64,000 nucleotides of DNA, taken from assembly GCA_036405135.1 (NCBI GenBank), contig DASWYF010000037.1, positions 90,016 to 154,015 of the forward strand, read 5' to 3'. The notes below the pieces were generated by a model. It saw only the letters and a program-made list of their open reading frames with translations. It did not search any database and was not told the DNA's origin. This DNA comes from Verrucomicrobiia bacterium. Its GTDB lineage: Bacteria > Verrucomicrobiota > Verrucomicrobiia > Limisphaerales > JAEYXS01. Below are positions 1 through 10,818 of the stretch, piece by piece (the first letter of the stretch is position 1; the number at the start of each line of letters is the position of its first letter). A program made the translations under genes and the position numbers.

Positions 1-40
1 ATGACGCGGGTGTGAAAAAAGAGGAGGCGATGGCGACGGC

Positions 41-796
41 ATGAGTGATTTTCCTCCAGCATTACAGGCGTATCTGGACGCGTTGACTGCCAAGCAGCAG
101 CGACTGGCCGGGATGCAGCCATTGCCGCCGGAGTTGGTCCGCAGCCTGGAGCATAAACTGCGCATCGAGCTGACGCATGCCTCCAATGCGATCGAGGGAA
201 ATACTCTGACGCTGCGGGAAACGCAGTTGCTGATCGATGAAGGGATCACGCCAGCGGGAAGCAAATCGCTGCGGGAGATCCATGAAGCGATCAATCACAA
301 CGAAGCGGTGAAGCTGCTCTACACGAAGGCGCAGCAAACGGAGCCGGTGAGCGAGCGTGATATTTTGGATTTGCACGCGGTGGTGTTGAAGAACATCGAT
401 GATAATTGGGCGGGACGTTATCGGAACATGCGCGTGTTTGTGACGGGCAGTCCGTTGATACCGCCGAATCCGCAGAAAGTGCCGACGCTGATGGCGGAGT
501 TCATCGAGTGGTTGGCAAAGGAAAAGGCGCATCCGGTGAAGCTGGCGGCAGATGCGCATTATCGATTAGCGAAGGTGCATCCCTTTGTGGATGGCAATGG
601 GCGCACGGCGCGATTGCTGATGAACCTGATCCTTTTGAAGCATCAGTATCCGCTGTCGGTGATCCAATCGGAGCGGCGGGCGGAATATATCACGGCGATG
701 GATGAAGGGGATCGTGGAAATTTTACACCGTTTTATCAGGTGATATTTCAAGCGGTAGAGCGTTCGCTGGATCTGTATCTGGGAACGGATGAATAG
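41..796 (+). CDS. Fic/DOC family protein (class II Fic, AMPylase-type)
   Basis: 251-aa ORF. It has the canonical Fic active-site motif HPFVDGNGRTARLL (HxFx[D/E]GNGRxxR). Upstream is an inhibitory-helix motif SNAIEG ([S/T]xxxE[G/N]). Confidence 0.9.
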   Translation: MSDFPPALQAYLDALTAKQQRLAGMQPLPPELVRSLEHKLRIELTHASNAIEGNTLTLRETQLLIDEGITPAGSKSLREIHEAINHNEAVKLLYTKAQQTEPVSERDILDLHAVVLKNIDDNWAGRYRNMRVFVTGSPLIPPNPQKVPTLMAEFIEWLAKEKAHPVKLAADAHYRLAKVHPFVDGNGRTARLLMNLILLKHQYPLSVIQSERRAEYITAMDEGDRGNFTPFYQVIFQAVERSLDLYLGTDE

Positions 797-802
797 AAGT
801 GC

Positions 803-1684
803 ATGAGTGACGAGATTCCAAAATTGCGCATGGCTTCGCCCAGAGAGGCGGATGAATTGGCGCATAATATCCAGCGTGAACAACGCGCGGTGCAACAGCA
901 GCGTGCGTATGAGCTGGAAGATTCGCTCGCGCCATTCCGCGTGGGTTCGGTGCCATATCTGAACGCGGTGCCGCTGACGCGGGGATTGGAAGACCAGATT
1001 GTGTTTGAGCCGCCTTCGAAGCTCGCGAAAATGTTGAAGTCGGGTGAGCTGGACGCGGCGTTGCTCAGCATCACGGAAGCGTTGTTGAACGATGGCTACG
1101 ACATTCTGGACAGTATGGGCATCGCCTCGCTGGGCGAGGTGTACAGCGTGGTGCTGGTGCACAAGGTGCCGCTGGAGCAGGTGAAGGAAATTTTCTTGGA
1201 CACGGCTTCCTGCACGAGCGTGAACTTGCTGAAGGTGTTGCTCGCGGAGAAGGGCTGGAAGCCGGAGTTGAAGCCGCTCGAGAGCTACGATGCGGCGAAG
1301 AATCACGATGCGGTGTTGCTCATCGGCAATGCGGCGATCGAGTTTCGTCGTGCGAATCCTGAGGCTGAAGTGTGGGATCTCGGCACCGCTTGGATGGAGC
1401 TGACGAACCTGCCGTTTGTGTATGCGGTGTGGGCGCTGCAACGCGGGCAGGAGAATCGCAAGCTCCGCCGACTTTTGCGTGAAGCGCGTGATTTCGGGCT
1501 GGACACGATGGATCACATCATCAGCAGTAACACGCTTTACGATCTCGATTTCCGGAAGGATTACCTCGGCTGGCATATCCATTATCACATGGGCAGCGAT
1601 GAGAAGCGCGGCATCGCGAAATTCATCGAGCTGCTGAACAAGCACGGGCTGGGGCCGACGTATCCGCCGAAGTATGTTTCATAG
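803..1684 (+). CDS. mqnA: Chorismate dehydratase MqnA (futalosine menaquinone pathway)
   Basis: 293-aa ORF with the MqnA-type signature FRVGSVPYLNAVPLTRGLE. It starts 6 nt after the Fic stop and overlaps the next gene, a radical-SAM Mqn protein. Confidence 0.75.
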   Translation: MSDEIPKLRMASPREADELAHNIQREQRAVQQQRAYELEDSLAPFRVGSVPYLNAVPLTRGLEDQIVFEPPSKLAKMLKSGELDAALLSITEALLNDGYDILDSMGIASLGEVYSVVLVHKVPLEQVKEIFLDTASCTSVNLLKVLLAEKGWKPELKPLESYDAAKNHDAVLLIGNAAIEFRRANPEAEVWDLGTAWMELTNLPFVYAVWALQRGQENRKLRRLLREARDFGLDTMDHIISSNTLYDLDFRKDYLGWHIHYHMGSDEKRGIAKFIELLNKHGLGPTYPPKYVS

Positions 1685-2903
1685 CATGATCTACGACGCG
1701 ACATTGGATGAGTTGTTGCAGAAGGTGTGGGATGGCGGGCGCATCGATGCCGTCGAAGCGCGCCGTCTGTATGCGTTGCCGCTGGAGGAACTCGGTGCGC
1801 TGGCGGATCGACGCAAGCAACTGGCGCGTGCGAAGGCGCATGGTGGCAAGGGTAACGACATCGTGACCTACATCGTGGATCGCAACGTGAACTATACGAA
1901 TGTCTGCAATGTGTATTGTAAGTTCTGCGCGTTCTGGCGGTCGGAGAAGGATGCGGATTCGTATGTCATCACGCTGGATGAGATGGATCGTAAGATCGAG
2001 GAGACCATCGCGCTCGGGGGGAATCAAATCCTCATGCAGGGCGGGCATCATCCGAAGCTCACGAAGCAATGGTATCTCGATCTGCTCTCACATATCCGCG
2101 CGAAGTATCCGGGCTTCAACGTGCATGGATTCAGTCCGAGCGAATTCATTGCGTTTCAAGAGTTTTTCAAAGAACCCGTCGAGCAATTGCTGAAAGATTT
2201 CACGGCGGCGGGGCTCGGCAGCTTGCCGGGTGGCGGTGGTGAAATCCTCGTGGATCGCGTGCGGAATCGCATCGCACCGTTGAAGGCGAACACGGGTGAG
2301 TGGATGGGCGTGATGGATAAGGCGCACGCGCTGGGCCTCGCGACTTCGGTCACGATGATGTTCGGTCATGTGGAGACGGTGGATGAACGCATCGAGCATC
2401 TCGAGGTCGTGCGCAGCCAGCAGGAGAAGTCTTTGTTGCGCTTGGGTGCACGGGGCACGCCGATCGAGCAAGCCGTGTGGTTCGCGGATCAAGTGGAGCA
2501 GGGGAAGCTAAACGGTGGCGCGTTCACGGCGTTCATCTGCTGGACGTTCCAGCCGGAGAACGCGGTGTTGAAGGCGCCGACGGTCGGCTCGCATGAGTAT
2601 TTGCGCATGCAGGCGCTGGCGCGGATTTACTTGGATAACATTCCGAGCATCCAGAGTTCCTGGGTCACGCAGGGGCAGGAGATCGGGCAGATCGCGCTGA
2701 AGTATGGTGCGAATGATCTCGGCAGCATCATGATTGAGGAGAACGTGGTGAGCGCGGCGGGGACGACGTTCCGCATGGGCGTGGCGGATATGCAGCGGCT
2801 GATCAAGGATTTGGGGTATGAGCCGAAGCAGAGAGATAATTGGTATCGATTGGTGGAGCCGAAGGTGGAAACCAATGTGCTGCCGGATTCCAGCCGGCAG
2901 TAA
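1674..2903 (+). CDS. Radical SAM menaquinone biosynthesis enzyme, MqnC/MqnE (CofH-like) family
   Basis: 409-aa ORF with a radical-SAM cysteine triad in NYTNVCNVYCKFCAFWR. Overall layout matches the MqnC/MqnE family. MqnC and MqnE cannot be separated by eye. Confidence 0.8.
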   Translation: MFHSMIYDATLDELLQKVWDGGRIDAVEARRLYALPLEELGALADRRKQLARAKAHGGKGNDIVTYIVDRNVNYTNVCNVYCKFCAFWRSEKDADSYVITLDEMDRKIEETIALGGNQILMQGGHHPKLTKQWYLDLLSHIRAKYPGFNVHGFSPSEFIAFQEFFKEPVEQLLKDFTAAGLGSLPGGGGEILVDRVRNRIAPLKANTGEWMGVMDKAHALGLATSVTMMFGHVETVDERIEHLEVVRSQQEKSLLRLGARGTPIEQAVWFADQVEQGKLNGGAFTAFICWTFQPENAVLKAPTVGSHEYLRMQALARIYLDNIPSIQSSWVTQGQEIGQIALKYGANDLGSIMIEENVVSAAGTTFRMGVADMQRLIKDLGYEPKQRDNWYRLVEPKVETNVLPDSSRQ

Positions 2904-3129
2904 GGGGGCTATCGTTTGCAAAGCTCGTGTGTGAGTAGAAAGCGAGTTTGTTTTGCCGCCAGGGTAAGGGGAGAAAAGGTTGTTGGCTTCGTCGTGAGCG
3001 CTTGAACTGCCGGCTGGAAGCCGGCAGCACGGGGCGGTGGGATTCGTCGGTGCCCCACTATTGACGGGAGAGGAAGCGCGGCCTAGCTTCGGGACGTTCC
3101 GGGGAGCCAACCAGCTTCGCCTGCAATGC

Positions 3130-3225
3130 GAGTTCAGGCGGATGCTAAAGGCTGAGAGTTCAGTGCGGGTGCACTGGAGACCCTTTGAACCTGATCCGGG
3201 TAATGCCGGCGAAGGGATGGCGGTC
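3130..3225 (+). promoter_or_regulatory. TPP (THI-box) riboswitch upstream of thiC
   Basis: Contains GGCTGAGAG (3150-3158) and GACCCTTTGAACCTGATCCGGGTAATGCCGGCGAAGGGA (3179-3217), both matching the conserved THI-element core. It lies ~120 nt upstream of the thiC start. Outer boundaries are approximate. Confidence 0.85.
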
Positions 3226-3310
3226 GCAGTGCGACTTCCCACCTTCACCTCATCCCGGTCCAAGTCAGCATGAATGTGTATATGCGTGTAGGCGCTGGCT
3301 GACTGGCTGA

Positions 3311-5308
<1,998 letters not shown>

Positions 5309-5340
5309 GAGTGGCGTGTCGCGCCGAAGCCTTAGTGTAG

Positions 5341-5377
5341 GCGGAAGAAGGGCTCAGAAGTTTATTCGAAGGCGTGA
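5341..5377 (+). repeat. Displaced copy 2 of the thiC 3-prime coding end
   Basis: 5348-5377 reads KGSEVYSKA-stop, against KGAEVYSKA-stop at the true thiC end (5279-5308). My hand alignment gives 21 of 27 nt identical. There is possible further similarity back to 5341 if one indel is allowed. Confidence 0.7.
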
Positions 5378-5411
5378 TAGATTTTAGACGCGTTGGGCGC
5401 GTCATCGGCTA

Positions 5412-5951
5412 ATGCTCAACGAACTTGATATTGTACGCGATGTTTCCATCCGCCTTGAGCGGGGAGGCATCGCTTTCATGCTTACGGGTTCGATGGCGAT
5501 GAACTACTACGCCCAGCCGCGCATGACTCGTGATATCGATGTCGTGGTGGCGCTCGCTCCGGGGGATGTAGAGGGTATCATCAAGGCCTTCTCGTCGGAC
5601 TATTATGTCTCGCGGGATGCTGTGATGAGTTCCATCCAGAATCATTCCATGTTCAATCTGATCCATCTGGAAAGCGTCATCAAGGTGGACTGTATTGTTC
5701 GCAAGGATATCGCTTACCGGCAGATGGAGTTTGGCCGCCGTCAGCGCATCCAGATCGAAGATTTTTTCACATGGATCGTGAGCAAGGAAGACCTCATCAT
5801 CTCCAAATTATTTTGGGCCAAGGATTCTCATTCTGAGCAGCAGTTGCGAGATGTGAAGAATCTCGTGGATACAGGCTTTGATGCGGCCTATATCCAGCAC
5901 TGGACGCAAGAGTTGGGAGTGGCTAGCTTATGGGAGCAATGCAAACCATGA
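5412..5951 (+). CDS. Minimal nucleotidyltransferase-fold protein (function unknown)
   Basis: 179-aa ORF. It has the GS...DxD pattern typical of the pol-beta NTase fold (FMLTGSMAMNYY ... TRDIDVVV). Its stop overlaps the next start in an ATGA. Confidence 0.55.
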   Translation: MLNELDIVRDVSIRLERGGIAFMLTGSMAMNYYAQPRMTRDIDVVVALAPGDVEGIIKAFSSDYYVSRDAVMSSIQNHSMFNLIHLESVIKVDCIVRKDIAYRQMEFGRRQRIQIEDFFTWIVSKEDLIISKLFWAKDSHSEQQLRDVKNLVDTGFDAAYIQHWTQELGVASLWEQCKP

Positions 5952-6166
5952 GTGACACGCCTCCGGAGATCGCTGAGATGGTTCGTGCCCGGCTCATGGC
6001 GCGCTCTGGTGCGGAACGCTTCCGCATGGGAGCGGATATGTTCGTAGCGGCCCGCCGGATGGTATTGGCCTCCTTGCCTGCGGATATCACTGCTGAGGAG
6101 CGCAAGCGGTTGCTTTTCGAGCGGATTTATGGAGAGCCGTTTCCTATGGCGATTAGGCTTGGGTGA
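5948..6166 (+). CDS. Small hypothetical protein coupled to the NTase-fold gene
   Basis: 72-aa ORF starting at the ATG of an ATGA overlap with the upstream stop (5948-5951). No recognisable motif, so coding status is uncertain. Confidence 0.35.
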   Translation: MSDTPPEIAEMVRARLMARSGAERFRMGADMFVAARRMVLASLPADITAEERKRLLFERIYGEPFPMAIRLG

Positions 6167-6214
6167 TGAGAGACACGAAACTAACAACCCAAAACTCGAA
6201 AACCTGCGCTAGCG

Positions 6215-6256
6215 GAGTTTGTAGAGAAGGGCGCGGAGGTTTGTTTGAAAGCGTGA
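6215..6256 (+). repeat. Displaced copy 3 of the thiC 3-prime coding end (probable native end)
   Basis: Reads [13 protein letters not shown]-stop, against [13 protein letters not shown]-stop at 5267-5308. My hand count is 28 of 42 nt and 11 of 13 aa identical. Mismatches are mostly at third codon positions. It uses G/C-ending codons like the body of thiC. Confidence 0.75.
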
Positions 6257-6296
6257 CATATCCGAGTGTTGCGCTCTACTATTTGACCAACCATCT

Positions 6297-7361
6297 ATGA
6301 AGACACGCACGCATCTAGCAGTTACACTAAATCAGAATAATCGGAAGTTCTTTCTGACAATGCTTCCCGCTCGGGATTTGGTTCAAATCAGCTATGCATC
6401 AGTGCGAAATCGTGACAAAGAAGAGGGGGCTGTCCAAAGAATTCTTAACCCTCGTCGTATCGACAGTGTAAAGGACTTCACATTAAAAGGTGGCGACTAT
6501 CCAAACTGTATAATTCTTAATTGGGTTGATACTCACGATAAATTGAAAATAACGGGCAATAAAATCACTGTTCCTCTTAAAGACCGGGCTGCTCAAATAA
6601 TTGATGGGCAACATCGAGTTGAAGGGATACGAGCGGCAATTAAAGCGAAACAATCAATTGGCGATTTGGAAGTTCCAGTGGCCTTTTATCAGAATCTCTC
6701 TACGCAAGAATGTGCCGATATTTTCCTTTCGATTAATACTGAACAGAAACCCGTTGCACGAAGCTTGGTTTATGACCTTTATGATGTTGCAAGCGATCAT
6801 GTTGTCGATCCAGCAGCAGTGCGTGCACGTGATATAGCCGAACAGTTGAATGATCAGAAGGAATCGCCATTCAATGGTTTGATTCGCCTTCCAAACACAG
6901 AGGTAAAGAAGGGGCGGGTAGCTGGAAAGCAAAGCAACGGCGTCGACTTGTCCACAGTCGTTACCGCTCTCAAGCCCCTTGTGGAAGACAAGGGAGTCTT
7001 TGAACAGGTCGGAATAATCGAACTTCAAATGCAGGCGTCTGCTTTGCTCAATTTCTTTGAAGTGTTGAAGGGGTGGTATGCTGGTCTTTGGTCCGACAAA
7101 GACAACGTGTTTCTGACCGCTGCCGGATTCTCGGGCGCAGTCGACTTTTTCAAGAACAGGCTCGTTCCTTATTGTAATTCAAAAGGCTCTTTTGAGTTCA
7201 AAACTATCAATGAAGCGCTTGATTTGGATTCGCATGCAGTCATTCTTAGGTCGCATCTCAAAGGTCTCCAGGGTCGAGCTGCACTGCGTGCAGTGTCGGA
7301 GATGTTAACTGAGCGTTTTAATCCTAAAATTGCAGCAGGTGCAAAAAAATTGAAGTTTTAG
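6297..7361 (+). CDS. DGQHR-domain protein (DndB-like, ParB/Srx superfamily)
   Basis: 354-aa ORF with the family-defining motif IIDGQHRVEGI (DGQHR at 6602-6616). It lies in a low-GC islet: one 60-nt spot count at 6301-6360 gave 24 of 60 G+C. Confidence 0.8.
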   Translation: MKTRTHLAVTLNQNNRKFFLTMLPARDLVQISYASVRNRDKEEGAVQRILNPRRIDSVKDFTLKGGDYPNCIILNWVDTHDKLKITGNKITVPLKDRAAQIIDGQHRVEGIRAAIKAKQSIGDLEVPVAFYQNLSTQECADIFLSINTEQKPVARSLVYDLYDVASDHVVDPAAVRARDIAEQLNDQKESPFNGLIRLPNTEVKKGRVAGKQSNGVDLSTVVTALKPLVEDKGVFEQVGIIELQMQASALLNFFEVLKGWYAGLWSDKDNVFLTAAGFSGAVDFFKNRLVPYCNSKGSFEFKTINEALDLDSHAVILRSHLKGLQGRAALRAVSEMLTERFNPKIAAGAKKLKF

Positions 7362-7368
7362 CGCTTGT

Positions 7369-8148
7369 ATGCCCAAAGGAGATGCATATGTCTCAAGACT
7401 CCTGCCGGTGGGGATTTCAAAGGCAGACATTCGCCTAAGAGTGATTACTCCAGTTGAGGCAGTGACTTTAGAGAGAGCGCTACTTGAAGATGCTGTAGAC
7501 CTTTACTATTCGGCTTGGGTTAGTTTTATGGATGCGTTGCGTGGCATTCAGTCGGAATGCGGCACTTGGGCTACAGTGAAGTTATACTATTCCGCATTTT
7601 ATACACTTCGCTCTGCGCTAGCGCTTGGGAAAATATGCGCTTTTCACGTGGGCCATTCATCCTTTTCGGTGAAGGCGATCGCTGGTCAAACTCCGAGTTC
7701 ATGCACTGATAGAGGAACTCATAAAAGTGTCCTGAATACTTTCAATCGCGAGTATCCCGGACACGCTCTGGTTTCCCAACAAATCGATTTGCAGAATGCT
7801 TTAGATTGGTTGGTTGATAAACGAGAGGCGGCTAATTACCAGCAAGCGAGATTTAGCGAGCCTGAATTTTCTCCTGAATTTGACTTTGTGAATAGGCAAG
7901 GGTTACGCAAGACGTTGGGGACATATCTTTCTGACACATCACTTCTCTATGTGTTCGATCCTGATCATGCGATCGTCGCCTACCCGCTTCGCGCGCTCCA
8001 GATGATAGGCGATCAGATGCTTGCGGCAGCTATTCCTATGGCTTTGTCGCCAGAAGAAGAATCTTTTCTCAAATCAAAAGCTTCAGACAAGGTGGGCAAC
8101 TTGACGGCGTTAGTTAGTGAAATGAAACGCTTGAGGCTCCTTAGCTAG
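7369..8148 (+). CDS. Hypothetical helical protein partnered with the DGQHR gene (possibly HEPN-like)
   Basis: 259-aa ORF, 7 nt downstream of the DGQHR gene and with the same low-GC composition. No firm motif. The weak HEPN-like impression rests on helical segments and KREAANYQ, which is not a canonical Rx4-6H. Confidence 0.6.
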   Translation: MPKGDAYVSRLLPVGISKADIRLRVITPVEAVTLERALLEDAVDLYYSAWVSFMDALRGIQSECGTWATVKLYYSAFYTLRSALALGKICAFHVGHSSFSVKAIAGQTPSSCTDRGTHKSVLNTFNREYPGHALVSQQIDLQNALDWLVDKREAANYQQARFSEPEFSPEFDFVNRQGLRKTLGTYLSDTSLLYVFDPDHAIVAYPLRALQMIGDQMLAAAIPMALSPEEESFLKSKASDKVGNLTALVSEMKRLRLLS

Positions 8149-8375
8149 TTTTGCTATACAATATGGCATGTAAGAGGCCTGAAAGACGACTTCTGTTAGA
8201 GCAAACTTGTGGCTTTAACCTAACTCTTTCCACGAGGCGGGTACTATGGTTGTTGAATCCGTTCCCAACATTTAACGACTATCGTTTGAAAAGGTCAGCC
8301 TAGCGCAACTCCGCTCTACCAATGTTGGAGGTTGAGGGCAGCCGCTTCTTTGAATTTCGTGCGTCTTTTGCCTTA

Positions 8376-9863
8376 CTACTCCGTTGCTGCTGGGCGAAAC
8401 CGTTCTGCAATCTTATCCACACCACCGCGCTTACCTTCAACGGGTTGAAAGGTGGAGTTAGTGGCGTTCCATCCAATTTGGGTGGGGTAGGGGTAGAGGG
8501 GCATTTCCCAGGTGGGTTTGCCGTTTTCGGCGTGTTTGCCGGTTAGGGCGAAGGGGGCTTTGCCGGTTTCGCGCCAGGCGCGGACGGCTTCGAGGAGGTT
8601 GGGCGGTTGATTGATGCCCGGGCCGCCGCCGTGGGCCAGACCCGGGACGACGTAGAAGCGGAAGAAGGACTGCACTTTTTCCAGTCCACCGCACTGGCCG
8701 ATCACGCGCTCGTAATAATCAATGGAGGCGTGGTAGGGCACGACGGAATCCGCAGTGCCGAGGGTCATAATGAGCTTGCCACCGCGTTTCTCGAAGGCGC
8801 GCAGGTCAGAATTCTCTGCGTTCAGATAGGGCGCGAGCTTCGCCGTGTAGGTGTCGATGTCCGCCCCGAAATTGATCTCCTGCAGATTCTTCTCCGCGCC
8901 GAAAACCCAGTTGAAGAGATACAGGTGCCCGTGCGACAGCTCGATGGAACTGCCGAGCGGGATGCCATTGAAGATGCGTTCACCGGTCACGGCATGGCGC
9001 GGTCCATCGAAGAGTTTGCGCAGCGCGTCGGCGTGTTCATCGGTGAGTGTCTTATCCTTTTTTCGCGCCAAGGCGATGACGGCCTCGATGTCCTTCGCAT
9101 CGCAACGTGGATCGGAGACGAACTTGCCTGCGGCGATCGGGATTTCCCGCGAGGCCATGTATTCATTCGCCGCCGCCATGATGTTGGCATCCTGCGACTT
9201 CGTGAAGGGGCACTTCTTCAATATCTGATCGTTCCACAGGAAGTAAGCGTGCAACGGCGTGCGGCAGTGCGCCGCGACGGCCGCCGCGATGCCATCGTAA
9301 TCTTCGGGATAACGCTGCGCCTCCTGCAACGCTTGCTGACCACCCGTGGAGCCGCCGCTGAAATACGAGAACTCCGGCGCCTTCCCGTAATGCGCCCGCA
9401 CGATCTGCTTGGCCGCCACCGTCATGAGATGCGTGGCGCGATAGCCGAAATCCTTCCACACCTCCGGATTGCCCACGCCCGAGAGCGCATTCGGCGCCGT
9501 GCCCATATCCGTGGTGGCGACGGCGTAACCTTGGGCACTCGCGCTCGCGAGCCCACCGGGATTGATCTTTCCCGCCGCACCGCCGTTGCCCAGGCCGAGG
9601 AAGCGCGCATTCCATTTCTCCGCATCCGGCAGCCAGACCTCCACCTGAATATTCGAGCCTTTCGCCGGTTTGAGCGTCAGCTTCACGATCGTGCGTGTGC
9701 CCGAGGGATCGCGTTCCACGCTGGTGATTGTCGCGGTGTCGATCTTCAGCGCGCGTAATGCGGCTGATTTATCTGCGCTGCTTTGCGTCGTCGCCGTCTG
9801 GCCGGAGACGGAAAAGCAACTGAGCAGCAACGCGAGCGCGAGGGAGGAAATCTTTCTGTTCAT
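8376..9863 (-). CDS. Tannase/feruloyl esterase family alpha/beta hydrolase, secreted
   Basis: 495-aa ORF with an N-terminal signal peptide (MNRKISSLALALLLSCFSVSG) and a nucleophile-elbow region FSGGSTGGQQ typical of the tannase/feruloyl esterase family. Confidence 0.75.
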   Translation of the reverse strand: MNRKISSLALALLLSCFSVSGQTATTQSSADKSAALRALKIDTATITSVERDPSGTRTIVKLTLKPAKGSNIQVEVWLPDAEKWNARFLGLGNGGAAGKINPGGLASASAQGYAVATTDMGTAPNALSGVGNPEVWKDFGYRATHLMTVAAKQIVRAHYGKAPEFSYFSGGSTGGQQALQEAQRYPEDYDGIAAAVAAHCRTPLHAYFLWNDQILKKCPFTKSQDANIMAAANEYMASREIPIAAGKFVSDPRCDAKDIEAVIALARKKDKTLTDEHADALRKLFDGPRHAVTGERIFNGIPLGSSIELSHGHLYLFNWVFGAEKNLQEINFGADIDTYTAKLAPYLNAENSDLRAFEKRGGKLIMTLGTADSVVPYHASIDYYERVIGQCGGLEKVQSFFRFYVVPGLAHGGGPGINQPPNLLEAVRAWRETGKAPFALTGKHAENGKPTWEMPLYPYPTQIGWNATNSTFQPVEGKRGGVDKIAERFRPAATE

Positions 9864-10008
9864 GGGAATGTGCTAGTGCGGGGATGGTAAGCAGGGCAGG
9901 GCGGGGCGTCGATGGTACACTCTGGCGCGTTGCCGCTATGGGCCAAGCCATGGGGACGTGAAAGCATAGCGAGGACAGCAGCCGTTTGCCGTGGCCCTTG
10001 AACGCTTT

Positions 10009-10461
10009 TCAAACTTTCAACCGCCCTTCATCCACATCGATGAACTCAAACATCGTCTGCACTGTCCCAGCAGGCAGACCGATCTCCTCAAGGCGTTCGT
10101 TCAAGCGTTGCGTCCCCGCATCCCGCCAGCCGCGCTTGCTCATGAAGGCATTCCATATCTCGATATCTTCGTCGGAGGGCTTGCGTCCGGTCTGGAACAC
10201 CCACTCCAACACCTGCTCGTCACTACCACCCTTCAGCACCTCCGCCTCCAGCACGTGGTAGTCGATGCCTAGAAAACGGCAGCACCGAGCATCAAACGTC
10301 ATGGCTGACGCCTTGCCACGCATCGCCTGCCATTCATCCGGTAATTTGCCTGCAGCTGCGAGACGCATTTTGTCCAGCATACGCCCGAAATAAACCAGGC
10401 CCTTCACTTGGTCGGATGGGCTCCTAAGCCCCGGAATGATCGTCGGATATGGTTTAGCCAT
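10009..10461 (-). CDS. DUF5069-like protein
   Basis: 150-aa ORF. Its N-terminal GLRSPSDQVKGLVYFGRMLDKMR resembles the DUF5069 family as I recall it. Confidence 0.55.
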   Translation of the reverse strand: MAKPYPTIIPGLRSPSDQVKGLVYFGRMLDKMRLAAAGKLPDEWQAMRGKASAMTFDARCCRFLGIDYHVLEAEVLKGGSDEQVLEWVFQTGRKPSDEDIEIWNAFMSKRGWRDAGTQRLNERLEEIGLPAGTVQTMFEFIDVDEGRLKV

Positions 10462-10519
10462 GAGAGCCGGAATAAAGCACGTTACAATTCAATTCGCAAG
10501 CCGTGGCATCTGGAGTAAT

Positions 10520-10741
10520 ATGTCCGCAGTGAAACGATTCTTCGATCCCAACATCGAGACGAAAGGCCGCGTGATGCGGGCCGTGACTGCCCTGAGCCTC
10601 TTTATCGCCTCCGGTGTCGCTTTCTACCGTTCGACTGCGTGGCTGGGAATCGTCTTGGGCTTGATTGGCATCTTCGTCACCGTTGAGGCAATCCGTGGCT
10701 GGTGTTTCCTGCGCGCTTGCGGCATCAAGACCAAACTTTGA
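10520..10741 (+). CDS. DUF2892 (YgaP-like) small membrane protein
   Basis: I prefer the ATG at 10520 (MSAVKRFF) over the upstream alternative start. It has two hydrophobic segments and a C-terminal GWCFLRACG motif typical of DUF2892. Confidence 0.6.
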   Translation: MSAVKRFFDPNIETKGRVMRAVTALSLFIASGVAFYRSTAWLGIVLGLIGIFVTVEAIRGWCFLRACGIKTKL

Positions 10742-10818
10742 TTCAATACTCTGTTCTATCTCCGCAGTCAGGTTAAGACCTACCACGCCAATGGGGCCGA
10801 TGTGTGGAACATTTTTCC

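Noticed and set aside
566-1645. Long antisense or alternative-frame ORFs inside GC-rich genes. Examples: 566..1645 minus, 3338..4234 minus, 4262..5164 minus, 8607..9758 plus, 15618..16430 minus, 18838..19959 plus, 27509..28348 plus, 46360..47163 plus.
   Set aside because: Each lies fully inside a gene with clear family motifs on the other strand or frame. Their translations are Arg/His/Leu/Gly-rich low-complexity strings typical of shadow ORFs in GC-rich DNA.
2880-3027. Two GC-rich inverted repeats built on CTGCCGG...CCGGCAG. One is at the end of the mqn radical-SAM gene (about 2880-2900). The other is at 3007-3027 (8-bp stem, TGGAA loop).
   Set aside because: Neither is followed by a T-run, so neither is called an intrinsic terminator. 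Their function, if any, cannot be inferred from sequence alone.
8285-8345. A tRNA-like fragment on the minus strand (TTGGTAGAGCGGAGTTGCGCT resembles a D-arm region). Also an 8-nt match CGCTCTAC with 6268-6293, as possible direct repeats flanking the DGQHR islet.
   Set aside because: No cloverleaf could be folded by eye, with no T-arm or matching acceptor. An 8-mer match is within chance expectation. It is kept only as something tRNAscan-SE or Infernal could test.
8275-8350. A possible fourth copy of the thiC 3-prime end right of the DGQHR islet (CGTTTGAAAAGG and GGAGGTTGA resemble parts of copy 3).
   Set aside because: Only 8-9 nt runs match and no reading frame reproduces the ThiC C-terminal peptide. 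This is insufficient to call.
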